A DNA stretch of 64,000 bases from IMG/VR virus record IMGVR_UViG_3300025707_000004, one strand, 5' to 3'. Below the pieces are notes generated by a model. It ran no database searches. It was not told the origin of the DNA and was given only the letters and a program-made list of their open reading frames with translations. Made by a program: the position numbers and the translations under genes. Positions within the stretch are counted from its first letter, which is position 1. Each line of letters begins with the position of its first letter. Below, piece after piece: positions 19,401 through 28,438 of this stretch. This stretch comes from a virus.

Positions 19401-19679
19401 CCGGCGAAGAAGCGGGCATGGTACGAGTTCTACAAGTCCGCGCCTGAGTACTCCCCTTCGCCGCGAGCCGAGAAGTTGCCTGCACTGCCCCAAGGGCCGA
19501 GCCAGCGCGCGATGGGCCTAAGCAAGCCGCGAAAGAAGAAGAAGTGGTACCAGTTCTGGAAGAAGCCGGAGTCTGTAGGGGGCGGGACTAAGCGTCCCCC
19601 GAAGCCGTCTGTGATACCGGGTGAGGCCGCCTCGGGGAACTTCCCCTCTGTCCAGCCCATCCCTTCCCCGCCGGCTTGA
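16476..19679 (+). CDS. multidomain protein: Gly-rich basic N-region + alpha/beta-hydrolase-like module + SNF2/SF2 helicase
   Basis: SF2 motifs LAHGTGTGKT, ILDEFH, LTASP, GAEGLDL and QAEARARR. A G-x-S-x-G (GYSRG) module lies upstream. The N-terminus has Gly-zipper hydrophobic segments. Confidence 0.85.
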   Translation: MPTSNDSYSKQLLAVAPMFAVKTLADIPKAAVESAVEGKLRDRSKKFSKLLTHGFKGRGIGRALGGTAAIASAPLFVRGVHRASSKEKHRRNKGLRDILAASTFTGIATGGVEGFREARLHGLSRKAAAKEGLGFGASRALVKSPKAIALALGVAAGRKKKRSRDKYLVPATVGAALGGASRYAEQVLRHAPKGVNRKLFKAALPRGAGGVVGGALGGLGLAAVTDRALKALDKGKQKRAAAGVLSKVASAAAEKLGPKRTAVFIQGNPRWRTGHEARTATFYKKVVGLLEGEGFEVTTDPGLPYTSPKKADVWVGYSRGVDRLRFAPKGTTTIALGSNVAGAVRHPKDNTANMVGTAKGVAPNKYHYVLTPRMVGQLKRKLTGVAGRSGGWVQGYRRKDGTRVKAHRRRVAVKGMAKVAAAAAENLGTQHGTGIPAMKSWFKPYPHQASAVRKMYDNHGKMILAHGTGTGKTASAIYGFEKLRHDKKAKKALVVVPSGLRMNFAENGIQNFTTSSVQIVGSASEKKYSSLVVRPNEVDATKDYTIVSYATFRRDPERYMQATGSDTLILDEFHKARNEKALTFQALMKARAFAVNVMGLTASPINNNPQELATLLTITEGKRLVSPAQFKAAFTKTIGHSKGFQGGTKKVTDLDNIPEMLRLTYPRMDLITSEDLKGKTMPRQELQTVQVPMSEDQYDLYELALDKLGPLKKYLMTRDKEVTVREAQQLFGKLIQARQIANSVHTAKSNVSPKKSAEITPKVKKLIEDAESHLQADSTHKVVLYSNLVKGGVDVMSAGLKARGIDHALFVGKGRDVGNVKVTGPVRQQGVKDYKAGKKRVIILSGAGAEGLDLKNSTAFYSLDAHFNPEVTAQAEARARRLGGQDFRKPENRVVDVRRYQSVVPDNKKPGFFGKLIGRQAPQTTDEWVSSVADNKLRKTKTFKRVMREPHKYIKKYRAANGKMRYVYPKGGKAAPAKKRAWYEFYKSAPEYSPSPRAEKLPALPQGPSQRAMGLSKPRKKKKWYQFWKKPESVGGGTKRPPKPSVIPGEAASGNFPSVQPIPSPPA

Positions 19680-19694
19680 GGTAGAATCAGACGC

Positions 19695-21689
19695 ATGAAC
19701 ATCCGTGATGGCCAAGGAGTTTACCGCGCCTACAGCCTTTACAGGGCGTTTAAGGCTGCAGGTATCAAGGGGTTGGCTCAAACTCACTTCAAGCAGCGCC
19801 GTGTGGCCAAGCTGCGGAAGAAGAAGCGTCGTATGAAGACCAAGACAGGCGGAGCCAAGAAGTACCTGAAGGCGCAGCTCAAGGAGCTGGCTGGGTTCAA
19901 GAACATCCCCCGACGCGAAGAGGCAATCAAGGCATACCGCCGTTCAGCAGTTCGCCACGCGAACGTGGGGGTTGGCGGAACAAGTGCACTGAATGGCGCA
20001 TTGCTTGCCGCCGGTGCGCCGCACCTCGCCCCGTTCGCCGCAGCTCCCGTGCTCATGGGCGTCGGGGCAGCGCTGAAGCGCGGCAAGAAGATGCAGGCCG
20101 CGAAGAAAGAGTTGCTGGCCGCCAAGGCATACAACGCGAAGCACACAAAGAAGCTGAAGCGCCGCGCCGTCGTCGCTGGGGCGGGTCTGACAGGAGTTAC
20201 TGGTTTGAGCGCATATGCATACGCGAGGAGACGTCGGGGCAAGAAGAAGGAGGCCAACGCGGCCTTCAAAGCCCTCTCCTGGGCGTCCCGCATGACAGGC
20301 CGCGGTGCCAAGGCCGCCAAGAAGGCCAAGGGTGGGAAGGCCGCTGACGACATCATGGCCACCCGTGCTGAGATGAAGTCGAGTCGGGTCGCGCACAACA
20401 GCAAGCGGGACACGGTGCACGACTTCCCGGCTGTTCGAGGGAAGAAGGGTATCGACGAGGCTGTCCAGCGTGCTCAGCAGACCCCGTACAAGCTCCCGAA
20501 GGGTCGTGCCAACACGCCTGCTGGCGCGCTGAAGAACGAGCGCAACGAGATGGCCGCGCGAAGCGCCCGCTTCAAGTCGACTGGAGCCCGGGAGGCAGAG
20601 GCTGGTCGTGGCGCGGTGCGGGTCCCGCCGCCCGCAAGAGCGCCGAAGAAGGCACCGGAGCAGGTGGCGGCCCCCAAGCGTGGGGGTGACCCAACCCAGC
20701 GCACGATGAACATGAAGGCCGTTCGCATCCCGACTGACCCGACCAAGCAGACGATGAACATGCCCGCGTTGGGACGTCAGGCCCTCGACAGAGCCCGTGC
20801 TCAAGCGGCAGCCTCGGCACCCACTCGGACCAGCTCCCGGGCCAGCACCTCGGCCAGCCCCTCGGCGCGTCGTGGTAGCAACTGGACGGACGATGCGCCC
20901 ACTCCTACGCGGCCCACTGCTCGCGTTGTGCGGCGGCACCACAGCAGTGCTGCGGGTCGGCGGCGAGCGAAGATGCAGGTTGACGTGCACGGCCGTGTGA
21001 GCGCCGTGCCGCGGAAGAAGAAGATGCCCAGCGGTACGCGCTCGACGAGCAAGGAAACCCACATGGGCGGTGACTGGCGTGCGCCCGCGGCCCTCGGTGC
21101 GGCTGGCGTTGGCGCTCTCGGTGGCGGTGCTCTCATTGCTCGGCAGATTCTGAAGGCTCGTCGTCAGGCGAGGAACTACAAGAACCTCGCAATGGCTGGC
21201 GGTGGTGCTGGCGTTGCTGGGCTGCTGGCTGGCGCCGCGATGAACAAGACGGGCTCCGACCTTTCCAAGGAAGCCGCCCATGTCGTGAGCAAGGTCGTAA
21301 AGCGGATGAATGAGTCTGCCAGGGCGCGGGAAGTCCTGCGGATGGCGAACCGTTCCGAGAAGAGGGACCGCCTCCTTCACATCGGCCGGTACAAGGGACA
21401 GGCCCGGAGCCTGACGGAAGACTCGGTCAAGGACCGGAGCCGTGGGAAGAAGCTGCTGGCCCTCAGCGCGGCAGGCACGCTGGGTCTGGCGACCGGTGGT
21501 GCGGCCTTGGCTCCTGCCGCAGCGATAGCTGCGCTTGGCGGTGGTGGTGCGGCGCTGAAGCGGTATGCAGAAAGCGCGGGGAAGATGCGTAAGGCGAAGT
21601 CGTATGAGCGTGCACTGCGTCGAGGGAAGTTGAACTTCAAGAAGCCCTCTACGAAGGATATGCTGGTCGCCTATGCTCAGGCCGCCTAA
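19695..21689 (+). CDS. highly basic, Gly/Ala-rich putative internal virion protein
   Basis: 664 aa, Lys/Arg-rich, with several GxxxG hydrophobic segments. KKEAN and SKEAA junctions. Internal repeat DPTQRTMNM / DPTKQTMNM. Confidence 0.65.
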   Translation: MNIRDGQGVYRAYSLYRAFKAAGIKGLAQTHFKQRRVAKLRKKKRRMKTKTGGAKKYLKAQLKELAGFKNIPRREEAIKAYRRSAVRHANVGVGGTSALNGALLAAGAPHLAPFAAAPVLMGVGAALKRGKKMQAAKKELLAAKAYNAKHTKKLKRRAVVAGAGLTGVTGLSAYAYARRRRGKKKEANAAFKALSWASRMTGRGAKAAKKAKGGKAADDIMATRAEMKSSRVAHNSKRDTVHDFPAVRGKKGIDEAVQRAQQTPYKLPKGRANTPAGALKNERNEMAARSARFKSTGAREAEAGRGAVRVPPPARAPKKAPEQVAAPKRGGDPTQRTMNMKAVRIPTDPTKQTMNMPALGRQALDRARAQAAASAPTRTSSRASTSASPSARRGSNWTDDAPTPTRPTARVVRRHHSSAAGRRRAKMQVDVHGRVSAVPRKKKMPSGTRSTSKETHMGGDWRAPAALGAAGVGALGGGALIARQILKARRQARNYKNLAMAGGGAGVAGLLAGAAMNKTGSDLSKEAAHVVSKVVKRMNESARAREVLRMANRSEKRDRLLHIGRYKGQARSLTEDSVKDRSRGKKLLALSAAGTLGLATGGAALAPAAAIAALGGGGAALKRYAESAGKMRKAKSYERALRRGKLNFKKPSTKDMLVAYAQAA

Positions 21690-22011
21690 CCTACGCGTCT
21701 CCAATGAAGCCCGCCGTTGCGCGGACTGCCCTCAGTTCATCTTCAGAGCAGGCCGGTCGCATCGAGGCGATGGGGCCTGCTCAGGCTTCCCTCAGTGGTT
21801 CGTGCACGAGTCGTTCTTGTGTGATGACTTCTTCGAGATGGAGGGGACCGAGGACGCGGTCAATCAGGCGCAAAAAAGTCCACAGCGTCAGCGGCGCCGT
21901 CGTCCCCCTGCTCCTGCACCTCTACCGCCTGGGTCTCAAACGCCTCACCAACCTGCTCCAGCTTCAGTCGTGAGCCTGCGCGATTCCGCCGCGTATTTTG
22001 CTTCCTCTTGA
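21673..22011 (+). CDS. small Cys-motif protein
   Basis: RCADC...GAC...LCDDF metal-binding pattern. Overlaps the upstream stop codon. Confidence 0.45.
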   Translation: MLRPPNLRVSNEARRCADCPQFIFRAGRSHRGDGACSGFPQWFVHESFLCDDFFEMEGTEDAVNQAQKSPQRQRRRRPPAPAPLPPGSQTPHQPAPASVVSLRDSAAYFASS

Positions 22012-22219
22012 TGAGGCGCACTACCCCGTTCTTCTTCGCATAGACCGTGTAGTTCGGTAGGACTTCGCGAAGCGCGGCCTTGAAGCCCGCATTATTAGCG
22101 ACTAATAAAAGGGGGTCGACCTGTAGGACGAAGCCACCTTCGGTAGTCTCAATCTTGTGGACCAGCCCACTGAGGGCGCGATCCACGTGGGCAAGGTCAT
22201 CTGGTATTGTCGAGGACAT
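21860..22219 (-). CDS. hypothetical protein
   Basis: Protein-like N-terminal 70 aa. Divergent from the terminase and contains a palindrome copy. Confidence 0.4.
   Translation of the reverse strand: MSSTIPDDLAHVDRALSGLVHKIETTEGGFVLQVDPLLLVANNAGFKAALREVLPNYTVYAKKNGVVRLIKRKQNTRRNRAGSRLKLEQVGEAFETQAVEVQEQGDDGAADAVDFFAPD
22093..22107. repeat. TATTAG-CGA-CTAATA palindrome
   Basis: Read directly. Confidence 0.9.
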
Positions 22220-25088
22220 GTTTCAAGTTCACCCTACCCCGGCCGACAGAGTGCTCCGGGAAGAAATTGCTGCCGCCCGCACCGAGATTATCGGGCTCCT
22301 TCCCTCGGAGTTCACGCACCACTTCATGCGTATGCCCGTCCACGTCTCTGACGTAGACGACGTCGACCCCATCGACGTAGACCACGTCGTCAAGGACGAG
22401 AGCCAGCTTGTGGGTGTTGACCCGGACGAGATAGGGCTGGAGAAGTTCTCGTTTGATAAGCGCCCGTATCTGCCCGCCGTCTACGACACCAAGGCGCGCA
22501 AGACGCTCCTCATGTGCGGGCGGCAGACGGAGAAGACCACCAGTCTGGGCAACCAAATTCTTACGTACAGCTGCATGCGTAACCACTTCAAGTCGCTCTA
22601 TGTGTCTCCGACTGAGACGCAGACGACCACGTTCTCGCGGGACCGTATCGCCGCGCCCATCAAACTGAGCAAGCGGCTGAAGTTGTTCAAGGGTAGTAAC
22701 CCGACCTTCGCGGACAACGTGATGTTCAAGGAGTTCATCACTCACGCAAACATCACCCTCCGGTACGCGTACCTCCATGCCGACCGAGTTCGCGGTGTCT
22801 TCGCCGACCTGCTGTGCTTTGCCGAGGGGACTCGGGTGCTCACGAAGTCTGGTTGGGTGGCGGTCGAGGCACTCACCACAGACCATCTGGTCGCGGATGT
22901 CGGAGATGACGGAGTCGTTTCTTGGCAGCACCCGGCAAATATTTTCGGGCGGCGGCATACAGGGGAGATGGTGCAATTTGGGCACCGGGCGTTCGAGCTT
23001 AGGGTTACTGGCAATCACCAGATGTGGGCTAACCGGAAGGTCAAAGCTACGCAGAGAGTGGAGGACAAGTACGAGTTCGTAGAGGCTGCCGAGTTGGCCC
23101 GCCTGGAGACCATGGGGTTCAAGCTGACCTGTGGGGCGGCTTGGGCAGATGGCGAGGCCAGCCACATGGTCATCCCGCCTGTAGAGGGGGGCTATGGGGA
23201 AAACGCGGAACCGTTGGAGCTGGAGCTTCATGGTTTCGCTGAGCTGACCGGCTGGTACTTGGCGGAAGGGCATATCCAGTGGGGCCGACATAACGGCGAG
23301 CCGAAGTATGCCTACCCGGTCATTACGCAGGCAGAGGGCCGCTATCTAGACGAAATGCTAGAGGTGGTGCGTGGCCTTGGGCTCGATTTCAAACTGTACT
23401 CAGACCCGCGGGCGCCTCATGTAAAGCGCATGGTTATTCGGTCTAGGCGGCTGGGGGATTACTACGCTCAGCTCGGGGGCTCGTACGACAAGTACATTCC
23501 GCGCGAGTTCTTTGCGCAGCCTGAAGCGCTGGAGGGATTGCTCTACGGGCTGTACCTAGGGGACGCGTGCTATCACGCCGAAGATGAGTGGGACGAGGGG
23601 GTGCTGAGAACTCGGTCTGTTCAGTTGGCAGAAGACGCGCAGGAGGCGTGGCTACGCTTAGGCAGGCCAGCGGCGGTGCACGAACGACAGTCCGTTCCCG
23701 TGCACCAGGACACTGACTTGGGTGCAGAGGTTCGTGACCCTGTGCCGATGTACGAGGTTCACGCGCACAAGCGGGATTACTACATCTTCTGGCGGGCGGA
23801 TTTTCAGCGGAAGCGCCGTGTTATGGCCGAGGTTGTTACGGACGAGCAGGTGTACTGCTTCACCGTCCCCAGCCACCGCCCCATCGTGAAGGGTTCTTTG
23901 GGCAGCAAGCCCGTCATCGTGGGCCAGTGCATCGACGAGCTGCAGGACATCATCCCGGACATCATTCCGGTCATCGAGCAGTCCCTCTCTCACTCCCCGT
24001 ACCGCATCCTTCGATACGCTGGTACGCCGAAGTCGCTGGACAACACGATTGCTTGGTACTGGGAGAACCACTCGACTATGAACGAGTGGGTTATCCCGTG
24101 TGATGCCTGCAACCACTGGAACATCCCAGGCGAGAAGCACATCGGCCTGGAGCACCTCATCTGCGACAAGTGCGGGAAGCAAATCTACCCGAACCACGAC
24201 CGGGCACAGTGGGCTTCGATGCGGTCGCCGAAGTGGCTCAAGGACCCGCCCATCAAGCGTCCGTTCGAGGGGTATCGCATCCCGCAGATAATCACGCCGT
24301 GGGTGGACTGGCACGACATCAACGACAACCGGCGCCTGTACACCCGGGCCAAGTTCATCAACGAGGTTCTCGGGCAGGCGTACGACCACGCGGACAAGCT
24401 GCTTACGAAGAGCAAGCTACTCCCGAACTGCACCAGCAGCCCGATGACGCTGGAGCACGCACTCAAGTTCAAGAGCAACGCGAAGATTTATTTCGGCATC
24501 GACTGGGGTGGTGGTAGCGAGGCGGAGGAGAAGAAGAGCTTCACGGTCCTGACCGTGGGTGCCTACCTCGGGGGCAAGTTCACCTTCATCTACTTCAAGC
24601 GGTACGAGGGGGCAGCAGCCGAGGACGACGTCATGATGGCGGACATCATCCGGTTGGCGAACCTTTTCGGGGTGAGTATCCTGGGGACGGACTACGGCGG
24701 TGGGCACGTCTACAACGGCGAACTCATCCGTACGTTCGGTCTGAAGCGGTTGGCCCGGTACCAGTACGTCGGGACCAAGCAAATCTACTTCGACAAGCAC
24801 CTCGCGCGCTTCATGGTGAATCGCACGGAAGCCCTGATGGCGCTTGTCAATGCGCTGACGAGGCACGACATGATTCGGCTTCCTCAGTGGGACGATATCG
24901 AGACGCCGTTCATGTCTGACCTGCTGGCAGTCTTCGCAGAGACGGCCGAGCACGGACGGAAGACAACGGTTACCCGGTCCCCTGGGGCGTCCGATGACAC
25001 CATCCACGCGATGCTTTACTGCCTCTTGGCGTCTATGATTCACTACCCCCGGCCTGATATTATCGCTCCGGTAGGGCCTGCGTCCTAA
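22218..25088 (+). CDS. terminase large subunit (GpA-like) with intein
   Basis: Walker A-like LMCGRQTEKTT. Walker B LL|CIDE is split by the intein. YAGTP motif, CDAC...CDKC Zn finger, RNase H-like nuclease FGIDWG...DDTIHA. Start uncertain (ATG 22218 or GTG 22251). Confidence 0.88.
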   Translation: MFQVHPTPADRVLREEIAAARTEIIGLLPSEFTHHFMRMPVHVSDVDDVDPIDVDHVVKDESQLVGVDPDEIGLEKFSFDKRPYLPAVYDTKARKTLLMCGRQTEKTTSLGNQILTYSCMRNHFKSLYVSPTETQTTTFSRDRIAAPIKLSKRLKLFKGSNPTFADNVMFKEFITHANITLRYAYLHADRVRGVFADLLCFAEGTRVLTKSGWVAVEALTTDHLVADVGDDGVVSWQHPANIFGRRHTGEMVQFGHRAFELRVTGNHQMWANRKVKATQRVEDKYEFVEAAELARLETMGFKLTCGAAWADGEASHMVIPPVEGGYGENAEPLELELHGFAELTGWYLAEGHIQWGRHNGEPKYAYPVITQAEGRYLDEMLEVVRGLGLDFKLYSDPRAPHVKRMVIRSRRLGDYYAQLGGSYDKYIPREFFAQPEALEGLLYGLYLGDACYHAEDEWDEGVLRTRSVQLAEDAQEAWLRLGRPAAVHERQSVPVHQDTDLGAEVRDPVPMYEVHAHKRDYYIFWRADFQRKRRVMAEVVTDEQVYCFTVPSHRPIVKGSLGSKPVIVGQCIDELQDIIPDIIPVIEQSLSHSPYRILRYAGTPKSLDNTIAWYWENHSTMNEWVIPCDACNHWNIPGEKHIGLEHLICDKCGKQIYPNHDRAQWASMRSPKWLKDPPIKRPFEGYRIPQIITPWVDWHDINDNRRLYTRAKFINEVLGQAYDHADKLLTKSKLLPNCTSSPMTLEHALKFKSNAKIYFGIDWGGGSEAEEKKSFTVLTVGAYLGGKFTFIYFKRYEGAAAEDDVMMADIIRLANLFGVSILGTDYGGGHVYNGELIRTFGLKRLARYQYVGTKQIYFDKHLARFMVNRTEALMALVNALTRHDMIRLPQWDDIETPFMSDLLAVFAETAEHGRKTTVTRSPGASDDTIHAMLYCLLASMIHYPRPDIIAPVGPAS
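22815..23927 (+). mobile_element. intein with LAGLIDADG endonuclease in the terminase Walker B (371 aa, C-terminal Gln)
   Basis: N-terminus CFAEGTRVLT. Block B VTGNHQM. LTGWYLAEG and LLYGLYLGDA motifs. C-terminus VYCFTVPSH...VIVGQ followed by Cys. Confidence 0.88.
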
Positions 25089-25099
25089 GGAGCCTCTCA

Positions 25100-26098
25100 A
25101 TGCACGACTTTGAAGCCTACCTCTCCGCCAGCTCGGACACCCTCCTCTCCGCGGAGCGTCTGCGGTCCATGGGGAAGCAGGCCGCAGCGCGGTTTGTGCA
25201 GGATGGCGTGTCCCTCAACAGCACCATCGCTGGGATGGTGAAAGAGGCGGGGCTCACCGGCGAGCAGACCAAGCGCGTGGTGGAAACGGCCAACAACACG
25301 GCGTTCGTCGAGCTGAAGCGTGCGGGGCACAAGGGCAACGTGTCCTTCCCCCTGGCTGACTTCAACGAGATTGCTGGCGGGGAGAAGACCAAGGTGGCCT
25401 CGCCCATCTCGGTCGCGCTGTCCGCGCGTGAGGTCTACATCCCCGGTGGGGAGGGCCTTCGCTTGGAGGACCTCTTCGACCAGCACGCGGACGAGCCCGA
25501 GCGATACGGCGAACTGGTGAAGGAGGCGCAGGTCTTCTATACGCAGGAAGCCCCGCTGCCTTCTCATATCCCCAAGCAGATGGCGCTCAAGAAGGAAGCC
25601 GAAGCGGACTTCAAGATGGCGCTCATCAACATGGAAGAGCACCTCTGGACGCTGGGCGGCCTGCTGAAGACCGCGGCGGCTGAGGGACATCAGCCCCATG
25701 AGACCGGCGCTGCCCTGGAGATGCTGGGGATGTCCGCGGGTGTGCAGAAGGTCGTGGCGGCCGAGTACCCCGAGCTGGTCGAGTTCGGCCACATGCTGAA
25801 GTTCGCCAACGCGGGCATGGGTCCCGTACAAGCCGGTCCACTCCCGGGGGTTATCCAGTCCCTGGAGATGACCTCACAGCAGCTCATGACCACCAGTCAG
25901 CTGGTCCAGCAGGCGCAGATGTCCATGGACTCGCTGCTACAGCACCTCCGAGGGATGCCGCCCCCGATGGAGCCGGGCGTTCCCGGTAGTGACGTCATCC
26001 CGCAGTCGGCTGGTCCGCAGGGTCCGGTCCCGGCTCCTGGTCCTGGTCCTGGTCCCGCCCCTGGTGGCCCCATGCCGCCACAGGGTCCGGTCGCGTAA
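25100..26098 (+). CDS. putative internal head protein with K-x-A motifs and Pro-rich tail
   Basis: AAGGAG RBS. Contains GKQAA, VKEAG, TKVAS and LKTAA motifs. Confidence 0.65.
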   Translation: MHDFEAYLSASSDTLLSAERLRSMGKQAAARFVQDGVSLNSTIAGMVKEAGLTGEQTKRVVETANNTAFVELKRAGHKGNVSFPLADFNEIAGGEKTKVASPISVALSAREVYIPGGEGLRLEDLFDQHADEPERYGELVKEAQVFYTQEAPLPSHIPKQMALKKEAEADFKMALINMEEHLWTLGGLLKTAAAEGHQPHETGAALEMLGMSAGVQKVVAAEYPELVEFGHMLKFANAGMGPVQAGPLPGVIQSLEMTSQQLMTTSQLVQQAQMSMDSLLQHLRGMPPPMEPGVPGSDVIPQSAGPQGPVPAPGPGPGPAPGGPMPPQGPVA

Positions 26099-26100
26099 AG

Positions 26101-26703
26101 ATGCCCAAGCCGAAGCCCACAGAAGTGCAGATTGGCGAGGCCCTACACAACATGGGCGCTCGTGCCCAGGACCGCGTTGCCCGCAGCCGCCTGACCGCAC
26201 CCTACCGCTACGCCAAGGGCGCAGTAAGCCGAGGGGTCTCACGGGCAGCTGGTGCCCCGGTACGGGCAGCCCAGCGGTCGCTGGCATCTATGGCGCTCGG
26301 CAAGAAGTCGAGGCGGGGTCCTTTCCGTGGCAAGCGAATGCACGCTGTCGAGGGTGGCCCGGGTCGCGGTATGCGCGAAATCTCCATGGCGGACTACGAC
26401 GACATCAAAGAGGGGCGCACCAAGGGCAAGGCGTACAAGGCCCGTATCGACGGCAAGACGTATCGCTACGCACGGAAGTTCCGTCCTGGCGGCGCGGTTG
26501 GCATGGCGATGAAGCACCCGTTGCTTGCTGGCGGTGGCGCGTTGGCGGCGTACTGGCTCGCCAAGAAACCGGAGAACCGGCAGGCGGCTAGTGCAATGGG
26601 CGGCGCTATGATGCCCCGACAGCAAATCAACGCATCTCTCGCAGCTCGCCTGCGGCAGCAGCATTCGGTAGAGAACCCCTTGGCGCGTGAGGTCTGGCAG
26701 TGA
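26101..26703 (+). CDS. basic putative virion protein with hydrophobic Gly-rich segment
   Basis: 200 aa, coupled to both neighbours. Confidence 0.6.
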   Translation: MPKPKPTEVQIGEALHNMGARAQDRVARSRLTAPYRYAKGAVSRGVSRAAGAPVRAAQRSLASMALGKKSRRGPFRGKRMHAVEGGPGRGMREISMADYDDIKEGRTKGKAYKARIDGKTYRYARKFRPGGAVGMAMKHPLLAGGGALAAYWLAKKPENRQAASAMGGAMMPRQQINASLAARLRQQHSVENPLAREVWQ

Positions 26704-27320
26704 TTACTGACGAGCGACGAACAGCACTCCTCGAAAAGCTCGGCGCCAGCCTCGGCGAAACGGTGTTCGGGGACAGCCCTGGTAAGGCGCTTGCCGGGTA
26801 TGGGCGCAGCCTCGTTGGCGACACGACCAAGGGTGTCCTCAAGGACGTCATCTCCGAGCAGCTGAAGGAGCGGCTCAAGCCGAAGCCCACAGTAAGCAAA
26901 ATGATCTTCGGTCGCGGCGGTGCGCTCAAGAAGGCGCTCGCATTCGGTGCGGTCGCGGCGGGCATCGGCGGTGGCGTCGGCTTGGCGGACATGGCCATTG
27001 GCAAGGTCCACGGCTCGGTCACCAAGAAGAAGGGCTTCCAGGACATGATGGATGCCAACCCGCAGTTCAAGAAGGAGCCAAAGAAGGACGTGCAGGGCAT
27101 CTTCAATACCCTCTACAACTTCGCGCCGACCATGGCGAAAGACCCGTTGGTCGCCGGCTCCTTCATGAAGAAGCAGCTGCAGTTCAAGACCGAGGGCATT
27201 CAGGCCCCTGACGTGAAGACCCTCAGTGAAGTTACCCGCAACCTGGGCGGGGCGCGCAAGGAGTCCATCCTGGCTCGCGCCTTCGGTGCCGTTGCCGCTG
27301 CCCCCGGAATGGACATCTAA
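26700..27320 (+). CDS. leader-bearing basic protein (MITDERRTALLEKLGA)
   Basis: Shared N-terminal leader and a Gly-zipper segment. Confidence 0.7.
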   Translation: MITDERRTALLEKLGASLGETVFGDSPGKALAGYGRSLVGDTTKGVLKDVISEQLKERLKPKPTVSKMIFGRGGALKKALAFGAVAAGIGGGVGLADMAIGKVHGSVTKKKGFQDMMDANPQFKKEPKKDVQGIFNTLYNFAPTMAKDPLVAGSFMKKQLQFKTEGIQAPDVKTLSEVTRNLGGARKESILARAFGAVAAAPGMDI

Positions 27321-27782
27321 ATGAACATCGCACGCAAAGCCGCCGTTCTTGAGAAGCTGGCGGGGGCGAAGACGTTCCCAGTTTCTCGCTTCCTGACGAG
27401 CCGCAAAACCGTCGCTGGTGTCGGTGCGGCTTATGGCGGTACTCTCGGCGGAGCCGTAGGCGGCCCTCCCGGCGCAGCTATAGGAGCGGGCATCGGCGGA
27501 CTGTACGGCCTGGGCGCGGCTTCCATCGCTCGTAAGGCGCAGGGCCGTGCCCTCTTGGGTCGAGCACGAAAGCTGGAGTCGACGGGGGCAATGTCGGGGC
27601 TCACCAAGGAAGAGGCCCAACTGTCCTTGCGCTTCCAGGGGGCCTCCAAGGGGAGCCTCCCCTTCATGGGCGGCAAGATGCATCTCAGCGGTAAGGGCAT
27701 GAAGGCCGCTAAGGGCACAGCCCTTGTTGCTACCGGTGCTGCCGGCATCGGCCTGGGGCGCCTGTCCAAAGCGGAGAAGTAG
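27321..27782 (+). CDS. leader-bearing basic glycine-zipper protein (MNIARKAAVLEKLAG)
   Basis: Leader, KTFPVSRF motif and GGTLGGAVGGPPGAAIGAGIGG glycine zipper. Confidence 0.75.
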   Translation: MNIARKAAVLEKLAGAKTFPVSRFLTSRKTVAGVGAAYGGTLGGAVGGPPGAAIGAGIGGLYGLGAASIARKAQGRALLGRARKLESTGAMSGLTKEEAQLSLRFQGASKGSLPFMGGKMHLSGKGMKAAKGTALVATGAAGIGLGRLSKAEK

Positions 27783-27785
27783 CCG

Positions 27786-28436
27786 ATGCTTGCCACCCGT
27801 AAGATAGAGGTGCTGGAGAAGCTTGGGGCAGGGCCAAAGACCTACCCGATTTCCAGGTTCCTGAAGAACCCCTGGGCCGAGTGGGTTATGGGTGGAAATC
27901 CCGGGATGGAGTATATCAAGAACATGACCTACGCCCAGCGCCTTCAAGGGAAGGCGCGGATGGGCACGGGGCTCAAGAACAAGCTCACGGACATGACCAC
28001 GGCGGAAGAGAAGAAGATCATTCGGGCCTTGAGGGCGGACAGCCCTAAGAACCGCGCGCGAGGGGCCGCGAAGCAGACCGCGGGTGTCGCCGCCGCCGGT
28101 CTTGGTGGCGTCGCGGCCGGTAGTGCGCTCAAGGAGAAGAAAGCGGGCGCGAGCACCTACCCGATCCAAAGGTTCATCCATAACCCCTTGGCGGGGATAC
28201 CCCCGCTCAAGTTCCTGCAGAACAAGATTGGTGCTCGGGCTCTTCTAGGCACGTCCCGCGTGCCGCCTTCAGAGCTGAGGGCACTGTCAGGCCACGAGGA
28301 ACGAATTGTGGACGCCCTGCGGGCCACGTCCCGCGGGGGTAGAAAGCGCACGGCCGCGGCTACGGCTGCGGCGGGAACCTTGGCTGCCGCCCTCGGCGTT
28401 GCGGCTGCACCCGGCCGTCGCAAGAAGAAGGACTGA
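27786..28436 (+). CDS. leader-bearing basic protein with two tandem TYPIxRF modules
   Basis: Leader MLATRKIEVLEKLGA. Modules KTYPISRFL...EEKKIIRALRA and STYPIQRFI...EERIVDALRA, each ending in a hydrophobic Ala/Gly segment. Confidence 0.75.
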   Translation: MLATRKIEVLEKLGAGPKTYPISRFLKNPWAEWVMGGNPGMEYIKNMTYAQRLQGKARMGTGLKNKLTDMTTAEEKKIIRALRADSPKNRARGAAKQTAGVAAAGLGGVAAGSALKEKKAGASTYPIQRFIHNPLAGIPPLKFLQNKIGARALLGTSRVPPSELRALSGHEERIVDALRATSRGGRKRTAAATAAAGTLAAALGVAAAPGRRKKKD

Positions 28437-28438
28437 GC

